A stretch of DNA of 64,000 nucleotides from the NCBI GenBank assembly GCA_963718235.1, contig CAVQYR010000001.1, forward strand, positions 384,001-448,000. Direction: 5' to 3'. Each line of letters opens with the position of its first letter. The first letter of the stretch is position 1. Below are positions 18,770-29,230 of the stretch, piece by piece. Source of the DNA: an uncultured Actinomycetota bacterium. Lineage in GTDB: Bacteria > Actinomycetota > Actinomycetes > JAHEKZ01. Under the pieces are notes generated by a model. The model worked only from the letters and a program-made list of their open reading frames with translations. It was not told the DNA's origin and searched no databases. The translations under genes and the position numbers were made by a program.

Positions 18770-19933
18770 TCAGCCGATGCCGTCGGGAGTGACGAGGCGT
18801 GGGTGTGGGTGCTCGGGTGAACGCTGCTGGAACGAGAGGATCTTGGGGTTCTGGATCACGCCCTCGCGGATCTCGATCGCCCGCTGGATCGTCAGATCGG
18901 CATCCCATCCGTCCGGCCCGGACATGACTGGCCGAAGGTACGGGATCAGCGCCTCGCTGATCCCCCAGGTGGCCGAGTTCCACAGGTAGGAGGGGCTGTG
19001 GTCGACCCCGTAGTAGGTGACACCGTCACCTACCTCGAAGACAGGGTTGTCGAAGTGGGTCGGCCGAGCGCACTCGATGCCCATCCCCGCGTCACACGAG
19101 ACATCGACGATGAGTCGACCGGTCGGGAAGTGCTTCAGCTCCTCGTCGGACACGAACATCAAAGGCCGGTCGGTGTCCTGGAGCACGCAGTTGACGATGA
19201 TGTCGTGTGCGGCCAGGTATTCAGCGGTCGAGACCGCCCCCGAATCCGGCTGGACGATCGTCTGGCTGGGGTCGTCGTCTCGGCGGTGCATGTGCTCCAT
19301 CACCAGGCCGGCGATCGGGGAGGCGACGGCAGTGACATCGCGCATCGTCAGCACCGTGATGTCGTGGATACCCAACCCCTGCAAGGCGTTCACAGCTCCG
19401 CGCGCGGTGTTCCCGAAGCCGATGACGGCGGCGGTCAGGTGGCGACCGTAGTGTCCGGTGGTCCCCGACAGGGTCAGGGCATGGAGGACCGACGAGTAGC
19501 CGGCGAGCTCGTTGTTGAGATGGAACACATGAACGACGAACGAACCGTTCGTCGTCCAGTGGTTCATCGCCTCCCAGGCGATCAACGTCAGCCTCTTGTC
19601 GATGGCGTGCTGGGTAAGGGCCGAGTCCTGTACGCAGTGCGGCCATCCCCAGAGCACCTGCCCCTCCCGCATGTCCTCGATGTCCTCGAGCGTCGGCTTC
19701 GGCAGGAGCAGCACGTCGGCTCGTTCGATGATCTCGTCCCTGGAGCACATCGCACCGACGAGCGACTCCAGATGGGTGTCCGCGACGCCATATCGGCGCC
19801 CGTAGCCCGTCTCGAGCAGCAGGTTGGGGCGCAGGTCGTCATCGATGTGCGGGACATGGTGCGGGTGGATCGGCAGGCGGTGCTCGTTCTCCTTGTGTGA
19901 GGCGCCGAGAGCACCCACGGTCAACATCGCCAC
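18770..19933 (-). CDS. ceo: N(5)-(carboxyethyl)ornithine synthase (AlaDh/PNT superfamily)
   Basis: SHKENEHRLPIHP, WGWPHCVQ, NNELAGY, GFGNTARGA, DVSCD, VDHSPS. Confidence 0.85.
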   Translation of the reverse strand: MAMLTVGALGASHKENEHRLPIHPHHVPHIDDDLRPNLLLETGYGRRYGVADTHLESLVGAMCSRDEIIERADVLLLPKPTLEDIEDMREGQVLWGWPHCVQDSALTQHAIDKRLTLIAWEAMNHWTTNGSFVVHVFHLNNELAGYSSVLHALTLSGTTGHYGRHLTAAVIGFGNTARGAVNALQGLGIHDITVLTMRDVTAVASPIAGLVMEHMHRRDDDPSQTIVQPDSGAVSTAEYLAAHDIIVNCVLQDTDRPLMFVSDEELKHFPTGRLIVDVSCDAGMGIECARPTHFDNPVFEVGDGVTYYGVDHSPSYLWNSATWGISEALIPYLRPVMSGPDGWDADLTIQRAIEIREGVIQNPKILSFQQRSPEHPHPRLVTPDGIG

Positions 19934-20041
19934 GACGACCTCCTCGCTTCGGTGAGCTCTACTCCCACGTCACGTCGACCCAGAACGAAGCTGTCGGGGT
20001 CTTCGGTCACACAGTAGGGGCCTTCGGCCTCTGTCGCCCGG

Positions 20042-21208
20042 CTAGGCGCGATCTGCCCGGGCGAGCACGACCACCCGCTCGGCGACCTTGCGCTTGGCCG
20101 CCACGAGGGCCGGGAGGCGGCCCTCGAAGGGTTCGCCGGGCAGCGAGCCGGCCGGTAGTGCGTCACCGAGGTCGGGTGCCACCGTCCACCCGCTGCCGAG
20201 ACGCGCCACGGCATCGTGCTTCGTGCGGTAGTAGGTGGAGGACACCGGCACGGCCAGCCCCCAGGCGCCGGCTGCCGCGGCCACCAGATGGGGGTGCATG
20301 CGGGTGGCGATCCAGCGTTGGCCGGGTCCAGCCGGGAAGCCTCCCCGCCAGAGATGGGAGAACGGCAGCAGCCTGAGGTGCGGAAGCTGCGGGCCCAGCA
20401 GGTCCAGGACGGCGGAGTCGACCGGGGGGTTGCACTCGACCAGGGTGATCGGCTCCTGGTCGACCCCCCATCCCTTCAGGGTGCGGACGACGTAGTCGGC
20501 CAACTGCTCCAGGGGAACGTCGAGCATGTCGGCCTGGAGGGACAGCATCGTGCGAACCGCCCCCTCGGAGCCGAAGATCGGGTCGCCGCCGAGCGAGAGC
20601 AACGCGTCGTCCCCGGTCATCGTCGTGCGAGCCACATCGTGGGTGAGCACCTCGTGCGTCGGTTCGTCTCGAACGTCGACGATGTCGAACTCCGCGAGGG
20701 ACGCCGCCAACGGCTCACGACTGGACTCGGCCATGGGGATGAGCCCGGCACCCGTGAGGGCCAGCCGGGTGCCGTAACGGGCCGCCATCCCCTCGGCAGC
20801 CCCGATCAGCGCCAAGTGGTGTGGCCAGTAGCTGTTGATGTAGCCGCCCCCCACGATGTGAACGAGGTCGACCCGGCCGAGGTTCTCCACCGAGGTGGCC
20901 TCCCTGGGCAGGATGCCAGGCTCGGTGACCACCTGGGCGCCGAAGCCCAGGGTGTGAGCCGGGTGGTCGGTCGGAGCGTTCCAGCAGGCGTGGAAGAGGG
21001 TGTCGACGCAGCGCAGACCCGGGTGGAGGCCGTCGAGGAGGACCGCCGCCTGTCCGGGCCGTGGGGAGTCCAGCCACACCTCGGCGTCAGGCAGGTGGCG
21101 GGCATAGTGACGCAGCCATCCAGCGGTGATCAGCTCATCGCCGTAGTTGGGGTTCCCGGCGGTACCGACCAGGTAGATGACCGGCCTCTTGTCGGCCTGA
21201 CTGGGCAT
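20042..21208 (-). CDS. polysaccharide pyruvyl transferase family protein
   Basis: GNPNYGDE, GGGYIN, VRD, GDDA, TRMHPH; ATG 21208 after GGAGGAG. Confidence 0.85.
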   Translation of the reverse strand: MPSQADKRPVIYLVGTAGNPNYGDELITAGWLRHYARHLPDAEVWLDSPRPGQAAVLLDGLHPGLRCVDTLFHACWNAPTDHPAHTLGFGAQVVTEPGILPREATSVENLGRVDLVHIVGGGYINSYWPHHLALIGAAEGMAARYGTRLALTGAGLIPMAESSREPLAASLAEFDIVDVRDEPTHEVLTHDVARTTMTGDDALLSLGGDPIFGSEGAVRTMLSLQADMLDVPLEQLADYVVRTLKGWGVDQEPITLVECNPPVDSAVLDLLGPQLPHLRLLPFSHLWRGGFPAGPGQRWIATRMHPHLVAAAAGAWGLAVPVSSTYYRTKHDAVARLGSGWTVAPDLGDALPAGSLPGEPFEGRLPALVAAKRKVAERVVVLARADRA

Positions 21209-21327
21209 GCGAAGCGCTCCTCCCGGCTTGGTGTTGGAGGGTACGGGGTGGATCGGTCCGCACCGCCCGCCGGGTGCCAGCACCGTCCCCTTGATCGGTG
21301 CCGGCCCGGCAGACGAGGATGGGGCCC

Positions 21328-22563
21328 ATGCTTCGTGAGAGGGCCCGGCGCCGAGCAGGTTCAGCAGGTGCCCTTGTCGTGCTCGTGGCCGGCCTGGTCG
21401 TCGCCGCGCCTCCGGCGGTGGAGGCGGCGGGGCCGTGCTCGCTGGCGGTCAGCAAGACCCTCAAGCGCTCGGCTGACATCGCGGGAGGGGCGACGTTGAG
21501 CCGCTACGTGGCGTCGGTGGGCAGCCGGGGGACCAGCAAGTACGACCAGAGGGCGAGGGTGATCGTCACCCGGTTCCCAGACGGTGTGGTTCCGCGGCTC
21601 GTCGCTGTCAGGATCGGTGAGCAGGCAGCAACGGGAGTCACGGCCCGGGCCGTCGCGCCTCGTGCGCTGGCCGCGGTCAACGGTGACTTCTTCCCCGAGT
21701 CTCGGATTCGCGGCAAGAACGTGCGGCTGGTGCGGGGTCCGATGGTGCAGGACGGAAGGGTCGTCCGGGCAACGGTCGACCCCATGCGGGTGGTCGGGGT
21801 CACCACCAAGGGCGTCCCCTTCGGCGGTCGTCTGGGCGTCAACGGCACGGTCTCTGTGGGAACGGAACCGGCGGTTGCCGTGATGGGCCTCAACTGGCAG
21901 TCGGTCGACCCCGGTGGGGTCACGGTCTACACCTCCGACTGGACCAGGTTGTCGTCGGCACCGAGACCGGCGGGGAGGACCGAATGGGTGCTCGACGCAA
22001 CGGACACCCTGGTCAAGGTCCGGTCGGCGCGGGCCAAGCCCGAACGGCTCGGTTCACCCGTCGCCGAGGGCACGCGGGTCGTCGCCTTTGCCGCCGACCT
22101 CGCCCGCCCCGCGGCGCGGGCGACGGAGGGCGTCGTCGTGGCGGTGTCGATCCGACAGAGCACCCGCCCACGTGCCGGCGCCCGCCTGCAGACGGCCGTG
22201 GGGCGTGGGCTGACCCTCGTCCAAGACGGCGTTGCGGGTCCTCGTGACTGCGACGAGTACCTGAACGGAGCGCGCCCGCGAACCGTGGTCGGCTGGACGC
22301 GTGACGGGCTGTGGCGTGCCGTCACCGTCCCGGGCACCGAGTTCGTCGGAGACGGGCTTCGGGTCGGTGGCTTCGGTCTGGCCCAGATAGCCAACGTGGC
22401 GAGACGGATGGGGCTCGTGCACGCTTTCGAGCTGGACGGCGGAGGCTCGACGACGCTGTACACGCGAAGGGCAACCGTCTGGTCCCGTCGTGACCTGTGG
22501 GGTGTCAGGGGCGGCACGTACGAGCGGGCGGTCCCGAACGGGCTGGCCTTCGTCGCTCGGTAG
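21328..22563 (+). CDS. secreted phosphodiester glycosidase (NAGPA family)
   Basis: Signal peptide; AVNGDFF, RPRTVVG, LDGGGST, RAVPNGL. Confidence 0.85.
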   Translation: MLRERARRRAGSAGALVVLVAGLVVAAPPAVEAAGPCSLAVSKTLKRSADIAGGATLSRYVASVGSRGTSKYDQRARVIVTRFPDGVVPRLVAVRIGEQAATGVTARAVAPRALAAVNGDFFPESRIRGKNVRLVRGPMVQDGRVVRATVDPMRVVGVTTKGVPFGGRLGVNGTVSVGTEPAVAVMGLNWQSVDPGGVTVYTSDWTRLSSAPRPAGRTEWVLDATDTLVKVRSARAKPERLGSPVAEGTRVVAFAADLARPAARATEGVVVAVSIRQSTRPRAGARLQTAVGRGLTLVQDGVAGPRDCDEYLNGARPRTVVGWTRDGLWRAVTVPGTEFVGDGLRVGGFGLAQIANVARRMGLVHAFELDGGGSTTLYTRRATVWSRRDLWGVRGGTYERAVPNGLAFVAR

Positions 22564-22596
22564 CGGGGGCACGGTGGGGGACCGTGCCGTGGTGGG

Positions 22597-23640
22597 TCAC
22601 CCGACGTCGTCGAAGCCGAACCGCTGGAAGTCTGCGGTGCATGGATGGCCCGGCGCCAGCCACATCACGCGGGTCTCGGACTCGCAGATCATGGCGAACA
22701 GGATGGTCGATCCTTCGTCGCCCTGTGCCGGGTCGGGGTGGACGCAGATGTCCTGCCCCTCGCCGTCGTGGTCGGCGAGCAGACCGGCGATGCCGTCGAC
22801 GGTGGCAGGGGCCGTCGACGCGAGGGTTCGGGCCCGGGTGAGCCGGGCGCGGCTCCCGTCCGACGGGTTGCAGGTCGCGGCGGCCACTCCAGGGTCGAGC
22901 GCGTGGTTGGTGTGCTCGGTGACCTCGAGCTGCGCCGCGGTGGTCGCGGTCGACTCGATCACACAGGCGTTGCCGCCGGGGAAGGCGCACAGGTAGGAGT
23001 AGCCCCCCGCTCGACCCTCGAGGCGGGCCCGGTCGAGTGCGTCGCCGCGGTCACGGGCGTCCAGAAGGCGTCGGGCCACGAGCGCACGAGGAACACCTAC
23101 TCGCTCGTCGGTCGCCGACAGGGACATCGTCCCGAAGGCGGCCCCGTACTCGTTGAGGCCGACGACGGGCAAGGTGCCGGCAACCACCGGGGCGAGCAGC
23201 GCGGGGCCGTCGTCGGGGACGTCGAGCACGAGTCCGACCGACCCCTCGTCGCCGGCGTACCACTGCTCGTTGTGTCCGAGCAGGGTGCGTCCGGGTCCTC
23301 GCAGCGCGACATCGGTGCAGCGCTCCAATGGGACGGGTGACGGCGTCCCGAGCTCGAGGATGCCGTAGACCTCCTCGAATGCGTTGGCGAAGAAGAGGTC
23401 GAGGAAGGGTTGCCCGGCCCCGTCGGCCATCCCCCGGACCTGTTCGACCAGGTGCGGCACCTCCTGGGTGGCCGCACCAACGTACGGGTCAACGAACGAC
23501 TGAAGCGTCCTCCGGTCCACCCCGTGGCCCAAGAGGTACCGCTCGTTGAACTGCACCGACCGCGCGGTCGCCGCGGCAAACGCCTCGCCGATGCCGGCGC
23601 CTCGCTCGTAGGGGGTTCCCGAGACTCGCACCCGCTTCAT
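22597..23640 (-). CDS. C45 family autoproteolytic Ntn hydrolase/acyltransferase
   Basis: SGTPYERG, GMADG, processing site R-CTD, GHNEQ, GLNEYG, HTNH; ATG 23640 preceded by TAGCCT-N6. Confidence 0.85.
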   Translation of the reverse strand: MKRVRVSGTPYERGAGIGEAFAAATARSVQFNERYLLGHGVDRRTLQSFVDPYVGAATQEVPHLVEQVRGMADGAGQPFLDLFFANAFEEVYGILELGTPSPVPLERCTDVALRGPGRTLLGHNEQWYAGDEGSVGLVLDVPDDGPALLAPVVAGTLPVVGLNEYGAAFGTMSLSATDERVGVPRALVARRLLDARDRGDALDRARLEGRAGGYSYLCAFPGGNACVIESTATTAAQLEVTEHTNHALDPGVAAATCNPSDGSRARLTRARTLASTAPATVDGIAGLLADHDGEGQDICVHPDPAQGDEGSTILFAMICESETRVMWLAPGHPCTADFQRFGFDDVG

Positions 23641-23777
23641 CCGCAAAGGCTACTCGTCGGCGGCGACGACGGTCGCCCGGTGTCGAGGGGGGTGACCGCT
23701 GTGTTGCAGCTGGGGCTCGCCAACCCTCATTGATATGAAGGGCTGACTCCGTCCCGAGCTCTCCGTACCCTCGGACG

Positions 23778-25112
23778 GTGACCACCGCCCAGCCCTACTC
23801 CCTGACCGCGTCCCCGGGTCGGCCGCTCCCGCTGGCCGTGCGGGCCGAGGGGCTGCGCATCTGGGACGCCGAAGGCAACGAGTACCTCGACGCCTGCGGC
23901 GGGGCCATGGTCACCACGCTCGGGCACCGGCACCCGCGCCTGGTCGAGGCAGCGAGGCGCCAGCTCGACCAGGTGACCTTCACGTACCGCTTCTCCTTCG
24001 GCAACGAGCCCATGGCCGAGCTGGCCGGTCTTGTGCGCGAGATCGCCCCCATGGACGACGCCTGGGCGTTCTTCAACTCGTCGGGCTCGGAGTCGATCGA
24101 GTCGGCCATCCACCTGGCCCTGTTGTACTGGCAGCACCTGGGCCGACCGGGCAAGACCGAGGTGATCGGCCGCTACCCCAGCTTCCACGGCTCGACGTTC
24201 GCTGCCCTGGGGCTGTCGGGCTCGAAGTGGCGCCAGTCCTTCGAGGAAGTGCTCGACGACAACGCAGTGGCGCAGGCTCCGTGCGCCGACATCCGCTCAG
24301 GCCGCGACGCCGCCGAGGAGCTGGCGTTCGGGCTGGCCGAGATCGAGCGAGCTGTGCTCGAGCGCGGTCCGGAGAACGTGGCCGCGGTGTTCCTGGAGCC
24401 GATCACCGGGGCCAGTGCTGCCGCCGTCGTGCCCCCCGACGGGTATCTCGCCGGGGTGCGGGAGCTGTGCGACCGACACGACGTTCTGATGATCTGCGAC
24501 GAGACGATCACCGGGTTCGGTCGCACGGGGCAGTGGTGGGGAGTGGACCACTGGGCGGTTGCGCCCGACCTGCTGACCTTCGCCAAGGGGGTCACCTCAG
24601 GCATCACTCCGTTCTCCGGGCTCGTCGTGTCGGCTGCCGTCGCTGCGGTGTTCAACGCGAGCCCGCACGGCTTTCCGTACGGGCACACCTTCTCCGGCAA
24701 CCCGCTGGGCTGTGCGGTGGCAGCAGAGTCGATCCGGGTCATCCGTGACGAAGACCTGCTGGCCCGGGCCCGCGAGAGGGGAGTGCAGCTGCGAGCGGGG
24801 CTCGATGCGCTGGCCGCATCGTCTCCGCTCGTCGGCCAGGTCCGTGGCCGAGGGCTCCTGCTAGGCGTCGAGCTGGTCGCAGACGACACTCTCGTACCCC
24901 TGCCCGGGGCCGCGTCACGGCTGACCGAGCTCGCCCGCGAGCGGTTCCTGATGGTCTACGGCTGTCCGACACCGTTGAACGACCAGGTGATCGAGGCGGT
25001 CATGCTCGCCCCGCCGCTCGTGGTGACCAGCGAGGACATCGACCTGATCCTCGACAGGTTCGCCTCGGCCTTGGCGGCTCTGGAGGTCAGCAGCCCAGAC
25101 AGTCTGCGGTGA
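23778..25112 (+). CDS. class III PLP aminotransferase (omega-amine type)
   Basis: YLDACGG, SGSES, SFHGST, DETITGFGRTG, AKG, GHTFSGNP. Confidence 0.92.
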   Translation: MTTAQPYSLTASPGRPLPLAVRAEGLRIWDAEGNEYLDACGGAMVTTLGHRHPRLVEAARRQLDQVTFTYRFSFGNEPMAELAGLVREIAPMDDAWAFFNSSGSESIESAIHLALLYWQHLGRPGKTEVIGRYPSFHGSTFAALGLSGSKWRQSFEEVLDDNAVAQAPCADIRSGRDAAEELAFGLAEIERAVLERGPENVAAVFLEPITGASAAAVVPPDGYLAGVRELCDRHDVLMICDETITGFGRTGQWWGVDHWAVAPDLLTFAKGVTSGITPFSGLVVSAAVAAVFNASPHGFPYGHTFSGNPLGCAVAAESIRVIRDEDLLARARERGVQLRAGLDALAASSPLVGQVRGRGLLLGVELVADDTLVPLPGAASRLTELARERFLMVYGCPTPLNDQVIEAVMLAPPLVVTSEDIDLILDRFASALAALEVSSPDSLR

Positions 25113-25470
25113 GCACCTGCTGACCGTTCGCCGTCGCGGTGAACGACCCCTTGACGGCGCTGCCCCCCGGCAGACTGGTGGCCGTGCCGCTCAGGGTGAC
25201 CGCCTGACCGGTCAGGGAGGTTCCCGTGCACTCGATCCCGACGCCGCCGTCGACCTGCTCACTGGTGCACGACAAGGGACCTGAGACCTCGACCCCCGCC
25301 TTGGCCAGGGCAGCCTGGCCCTGGACCGACGCTGCCGTTCGGGCCAGCACCTCGTCGACGTCAGCCACCTGTTGCTCGCCGTTGCAGCCGCTCACCAGGA
25401 CCAGGCACAGTGCGGAGACCATCACCGCGCAGGCTGTCGGCCGGAGACGTAGGGGGCGCAGCAGCTTCAT
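25087..25470 (-). CDS. hypothetical lipoprotein
   Basis: Basic N-terminus, hydrophobic stretch, lipobox VSGC. Confidence 0.65.
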   Translation of the reverse strand: MKLLRPLRLRPTACAVMVSALCLVLVSGCNGEQQVADVDEVLARTAASVQGQAALAKAGVEVSGPLSCTSEQVDGGVGIECTGTSLTGQAVTLSGTATSLPGGSAVKGSFTATANGQQVLTADCLGC

Positions 25471-25570
25471 CCCTGAAGCATGAGTCGGCGGTGCGCCTCC
25501 AAGAGTCCGACACGCCGAGCGCTAGGCTGGGGCAGCCCTACCGAATCACCCACGACCTACGGAGCATCGC

Positions 25571-25957
25571 ATGAGTTTCTGGGACTTCCTCTACTACACG
25601 CTCGTCGTCTTTGCGTTCGTCGTCTTGCTGATGGTGATCTTCTCCATCATCGGTGACATCTTCCGCAACCACGAGATGAACGGCTTCGTCAAGGCGTTGT
25701 GGATCATCTTCCTGGTTCTGGCTCCGTGGCTCACGGCGCTGATCTACCTGATCGTCCACCACAAGGGCATGGCCGAGCGCTCACAGAAGGCTGCGCAGCA
25801 GCAGATGGATGCGCAGGCGGCCTACATCAAGCAGACGGCCGGTACTGGGGCCACTCCCGCCGACCAGATCGCCAGCGCCAAGAAGCTGCTCGACGAGGGT
25901 TCGATCAGCCAGGCCGAGTTCGACCAGCTCAAGGCCAAGGCTCTCGCCAGCAGCTGA
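25571..25957 (+). CDS. PLDc_N / SHOCT domain membrane protein
   Basis: DIFRNHE..KALWIIFLV..LIYL; SHOCT ADQIASAKKLLDEGSISQAEFDQLKAKAL. Confidence 0.9.
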   Translation: MSFWDFLYYTLVVFAFVVLLMVIFSIIGDIFRNHEMNGFVKALWIIFLVLAPWLTALIYLIVHHKGMAERSQKAAQQQMDAQAAYIKQTAGTGATPADQIASAKKLLDEGSISQAEFDQLKAKALASS

Positions 25958-25970
25958 ACCGGTCCCTCGC

Positions 25971-27794
25971 GTGAGCGGGGTTGTGCAAACGCCACTGTGG
26001 GTGCAGCGATTCGCTGCACCCACAGTGGCGTTCCCGCGTTGGGCCCCCCAACGGCCACAGCGGTTGTTCTTCACCTCCGACGACGGTGGGGTCATCCAGG
26101 TCTGGCTCCTCGACCAAGAGTCCGGGGTGCGTCGCCCGCTGACCGACCAGGCCGTCGGCGTCGAGGAGTTAGTCGTCCTTCCGGATGGATCCGGCGTCGT
26201 CTGGTGGCGTGACGACACCGGTGACGAGAACGGGTCGTGGGTCGTCACCGACGTCGACAGTGGTGATGTCCGGCCGTTGATGGCCACCGTTCCCGACGGG
26301 TGGAGCCAAGGGCTTGCCGTCACCGAGGCCACGGTCGCCCTTGCCCTGGCCGACGACTCGGGCTACCGGGCTTACGTCGCCGATCGCAGCGGCAGCGACC
26401 CACGACTTCTGGTGGAGAGCCCGTCGCCGCTCGGTCTGGGCCGGGAGTGGGAGACCACACCTGGCGGTTTGTCCGCCGACGGCTCCCTGGTGTGTCTGCG
26501 GCACAGCGAGGGCGGCGACATCCTGCACTTCGGCCTGCGGGTCCTGGAAGCGGGAACGGGCGTGCTCGTCGACGAGCTGATGGACACCGGGCTCACGCTG
26601 AAGGTGGCCGAGTGGTCGCCAGTTCCTGGCGACCAGCGGGTCGCCATCGTCCACGAGCGGGAGGGCATCGAGCGGCCTGCAGTGTGGAGCCCCCGCGACC
26701 GAGTCCTACGTGACTACCCGCTGGAGCTGCCCGGTCCGGTCGACGTCCTCGGCTGGTGGCCCGATGCGTCTGCCCTCCTGCTGGTCCACCAGCACGGGGC
26801 GAAGCACACCCTGCATCGGCTGGAGCTCGACTCCGGAGAGCTGACCTGGCGGCTCGACCCGGACGGCGCCGTCTCCGGTGCCGCTGTCCGGCCCGACGGC
26901 GAGGTGTGGCTGCGGGAGGAGTCGGCCACGCGCCCTCCTCGCATTCGATCGGAGAACGGCGACGTGGTGCTCGCTGCACTCGGTCGGAGTGCTCCGCCGG
27001 GGCGTCCCCACATCTCGTTGACGGTCACCACTCCCGGCGGTGACGCCCAGGTGCTGCTGTCCACACCGTCGGGCAGCCCGCCATACCCGACGGTGATGGT
27101 CGTGCACGGTGGCCCCGAGTGGCACTACCCGGACGACCTCGACCCGTGGGAGCAGGCCCTGCTCGACCACGGGATGGCCGTGGCGAAGGTCAACTACCGG
27201 GGGTCGACCGGCTCGTCGGTTGCCTGGCGAACGGCCATCCACGACGGGAACATCGGTTTCCCCGAGGTCGAGGATGTCGTCGCCACGGTCGACCATCTGG
27301 TGACGACGGGGGTGACCGACCCGAGCCGGGTCGCGATCGAGGGTGCCTCGTGGGGTGGGTACGTCACGCTGCTGGCGATCGGCCTGCACCCGTCGACCTT
27401 CGCGGCCGCCGTCGGTGTCGTCCCCGTGGCCGACTCGCTGCTCACACACGAGGACTGCTCGCCGCCCCAGCAGGCGTACGACCTCGCCATCATGGGCGGC
27501 AGCCCTGCGCAGGTGCGGGAGCGGTACGTCGAGCGCTCACCCTCGACGTACGTCGACCAGGTGCGTACACCGCTGCTCATCATCGCCGGCGAGTACGACA
27601 GTGCCTGCCCGATCCGTCAGGTGCGGTCCTACGTCGACCGACTCGTCGCCCGCGGTGCCGAGGTCGAGCTCGTGGTGTACGAGGCTGGACACCACGCGAA
27701 CACCACGTCCGACCGGATCGAGCACGCTCGGCTGGCTCTGGAGTTCCTGTGCCGGCGACTGGGGCTGCCCGGACCGGATCGGGCCTCGCCCTAG
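25971..27794 (+). CDS. S9 family (prolyl oligopeptidase/acylaminoacyl) peptidase
   Basis: Propeller-like N-terminal region, VHGGP, NYRGSTG, GASWGG, GEYD, EAGH triad. Confidence 0.92.
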   Translation: MSGVVQTPLWVQRFAAPTVAFPRWAPQRPQRLFFTSDDGGVIQVWLLDQESGVRRPLTDQAVGVEELVVLPDGSGVVWWRDDTGDENGSWVVTDVDSGDVRPLMATVPDGWSQGLAVTEATVALALADDSGYRAYVADRSGSDPRLLVESPSPLGLGREWETTPGGLSADGSLVCLRHSEGGDILHFGLRVLEAGTGVLVDELMDTGLTLKVAEWSPVPGDQRVAIVHEREGIERPAVWSPRDRVLRDYPLELPGPVDVLGWWPDASALLLVHQHGAKHTLHRLELDSGELTWRLDPDGAVSGAAVRPDGEVWLREESATRPPRIRSENGDVVLAALGRSAPPGRPHISLTVTTPGGDAQVLLSTPSGSPPYPTVMVVHGGPEWHYPDDLDPWEQALLDHGMAVAKVNYRGSTGSSVAWRTAIHDGNIGFPEVEDVVATVDHLVTTGVTDPSRVAIEGASWGGYVTLLAIGLHPSTFAAAVGVVPVADSLLTHEDCSPPQQAYDLAIMGGSPAQVRERYVERSPSTYVDQVRTPLLIIAGEYDSACPIRQVRSYVDRLVARGAEVELVVYEAGHHANTTSDRIEHARLALEFLCRRLGLPGPDRASP

Positions 27795-29230
27795 TGGGAG
27801 ACGTGGATCGCAGGTACGCGGTCCTTCCAGGGCCGGGCCTCCTCGAGCTGCGCCGAGAGCCGCAGCAGGAGTGACTCGGCACCGAAGGCACCGACCAGCT
27901 GCATGCCGATCGGGAGGCCCTCGGAGCTCATCTGCAGTGGCAGGGTGATCGCGGGCTGGCCGGTGGCGTTGAACACCGGGAGGAAGGACTCCATGGCCGA
28001 CCAGCCGGAGAACATGTCACGCAGCTCGACCCTGGCCGTGGGGTCGTACCCACCGAGGCGGGGCGGCAGCGTGCCGAGGGTGGGTGTGAGCAGGACGTCG
28101 TAGTTGCTGAAGAACCAGCCCATTGCGCGGGCGATGTAGTTGGCGGTGTCGCTGGCGTCGAGCAGCTGGGATGCCTTCACGGTACGTCCGTACTCGAGCG
28201 CGGCGAAGGTGCTGCCCTCGAGGTTCTCCGAGTCGGGCTCCCGGCCGACCGCGCGGGCGAACCAGTCGATGGTGTGGGCGTTGTCGGCGGCCCAGACGTC
28301 GGTCATGGCGCGCAGGAAGGAGTCCCAGTCGAGCGGCGGGCGCGCCTCCTCGACCACGTGTCCGAGCTCGTCGAGGAGCTCGACCGTCCGCTCGGTGGCG
28401 GTGACGACCTCCGGGTCCGCTGATGCGCCGGAGAGCGGTGACGTCCAGTAGGCGACCCGCAGCCGCTCGACCGGTGCGCCGACCTCGTCGCGAAAGGCGC
28501 GTCGTGGCGGGGCGATCACGAACGGGTCTCCAGCCAGGGGCCCACCCAGGTGATCCAGCAGGGCAGCGGTGTCACGGACGCTGCGGCTCACCATGAAGTG
28601 AACCGCCCACCCGGTCAGTGCCTCGGCGATGTGGGGTCCCCAGGGGACCCGGCCCCGGCTGGTCTTCAGGCCGACGACACCACAGCAGGCCGCGGGGATG
28701 CGGATCGACCCACCACCGTCGGAGGCTGACGCGACCGGGACGATCCCGGCTCCGACCACGGACGCGGCGCCTCCGCTGGACCCGCCGGCGATGTGGTCGG
28801 CGCTCCAGGGCGACGCCGTCCGACCGGCGGCCAGGGTCTCGGTGGTTCCCATGATCCCGAACTCCGACGTGGTGGTGCGGCCGAGGTTGACGAGTCCGGC
28901 GCGACGGATCCGGCGGGGAAGCTCGGACTCCACGGGGGCGATCCACCCCTTGCCCAGCCGGCTGCCGTTCTCGCAGACCACACCCGCCTCACCGTGGAAG
29001 AGGTCCTTGAGCATGGTCGGCACCCCGCCGAACGGTCCGGTGGGCGCGTACTCGAAGCGCAGCGAGTCGGCCCGGTCGTCGAACGCCTCGACCACCGCGT
29101 TGAGGGTGCCGTCGACCTTGCGCACCCCATCGATCACACAACGGGCCAGCTCGGCGGGAGTTACTTCACCCTTTCGGACTAGCTCGGCTAGTCCGGTGGC
29201 GTCATAGGTCGCGTACTCGTCGAGCTCCAT
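27791..29230 (-). CDS. amidase (amidase signature family)
   Basis: GVPTMLKD, GGSSGG, SDGGGSIRIPA, GLPIGMQL; ATG 29230 preceded by TACAGT-N8. Confidence 0.93.
   Translation of the reverse strand: MELDEYATYDATGLAELVRKGEVTPAELARCVIDGVRKVDGTLNAVVEAFDDRADSLRFEYAPTGPFGGVPTMLKDLFHGEAGVVCENGSRLGKGWIAPVESELPRRIRRAGLVNLGRTTTSEFGIMGTTETLAAGRTASPWSADHIAGGSSGGAASVVGAGIVPVASASDGGGSIRIPAACCGVVGLKTSRGRVPWGPHIAEALTGWAVHFMVSRSVRDTAALLDHLGGPLAGDPFVIAPPRRAFRDEVGAPVERLRVAYWTSPLSGASADPEVVTATERTVELLDELGHVVEEARPPLDWDSFLRAMTDVWAADNAHTIDWFARAVGREPDSENLEGSTFAALEYGRTVKASQLLDASDTANYIARAMGWFFSNYDVLLTPTLGTLPPRLGGYDPTARVELRDMFSGWSAMESFLPVFNATGQPAITLPLQMSSEGLPIGMQLVGAFGAESLLLRLSAQLEEARPWKDRVPAIHVSH

Noticed and set aside
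19934-20041. Possible structured RNA upstream of ceo
   Set aside because: Only short GC hairpins; no match to a riboswitch I can recognise
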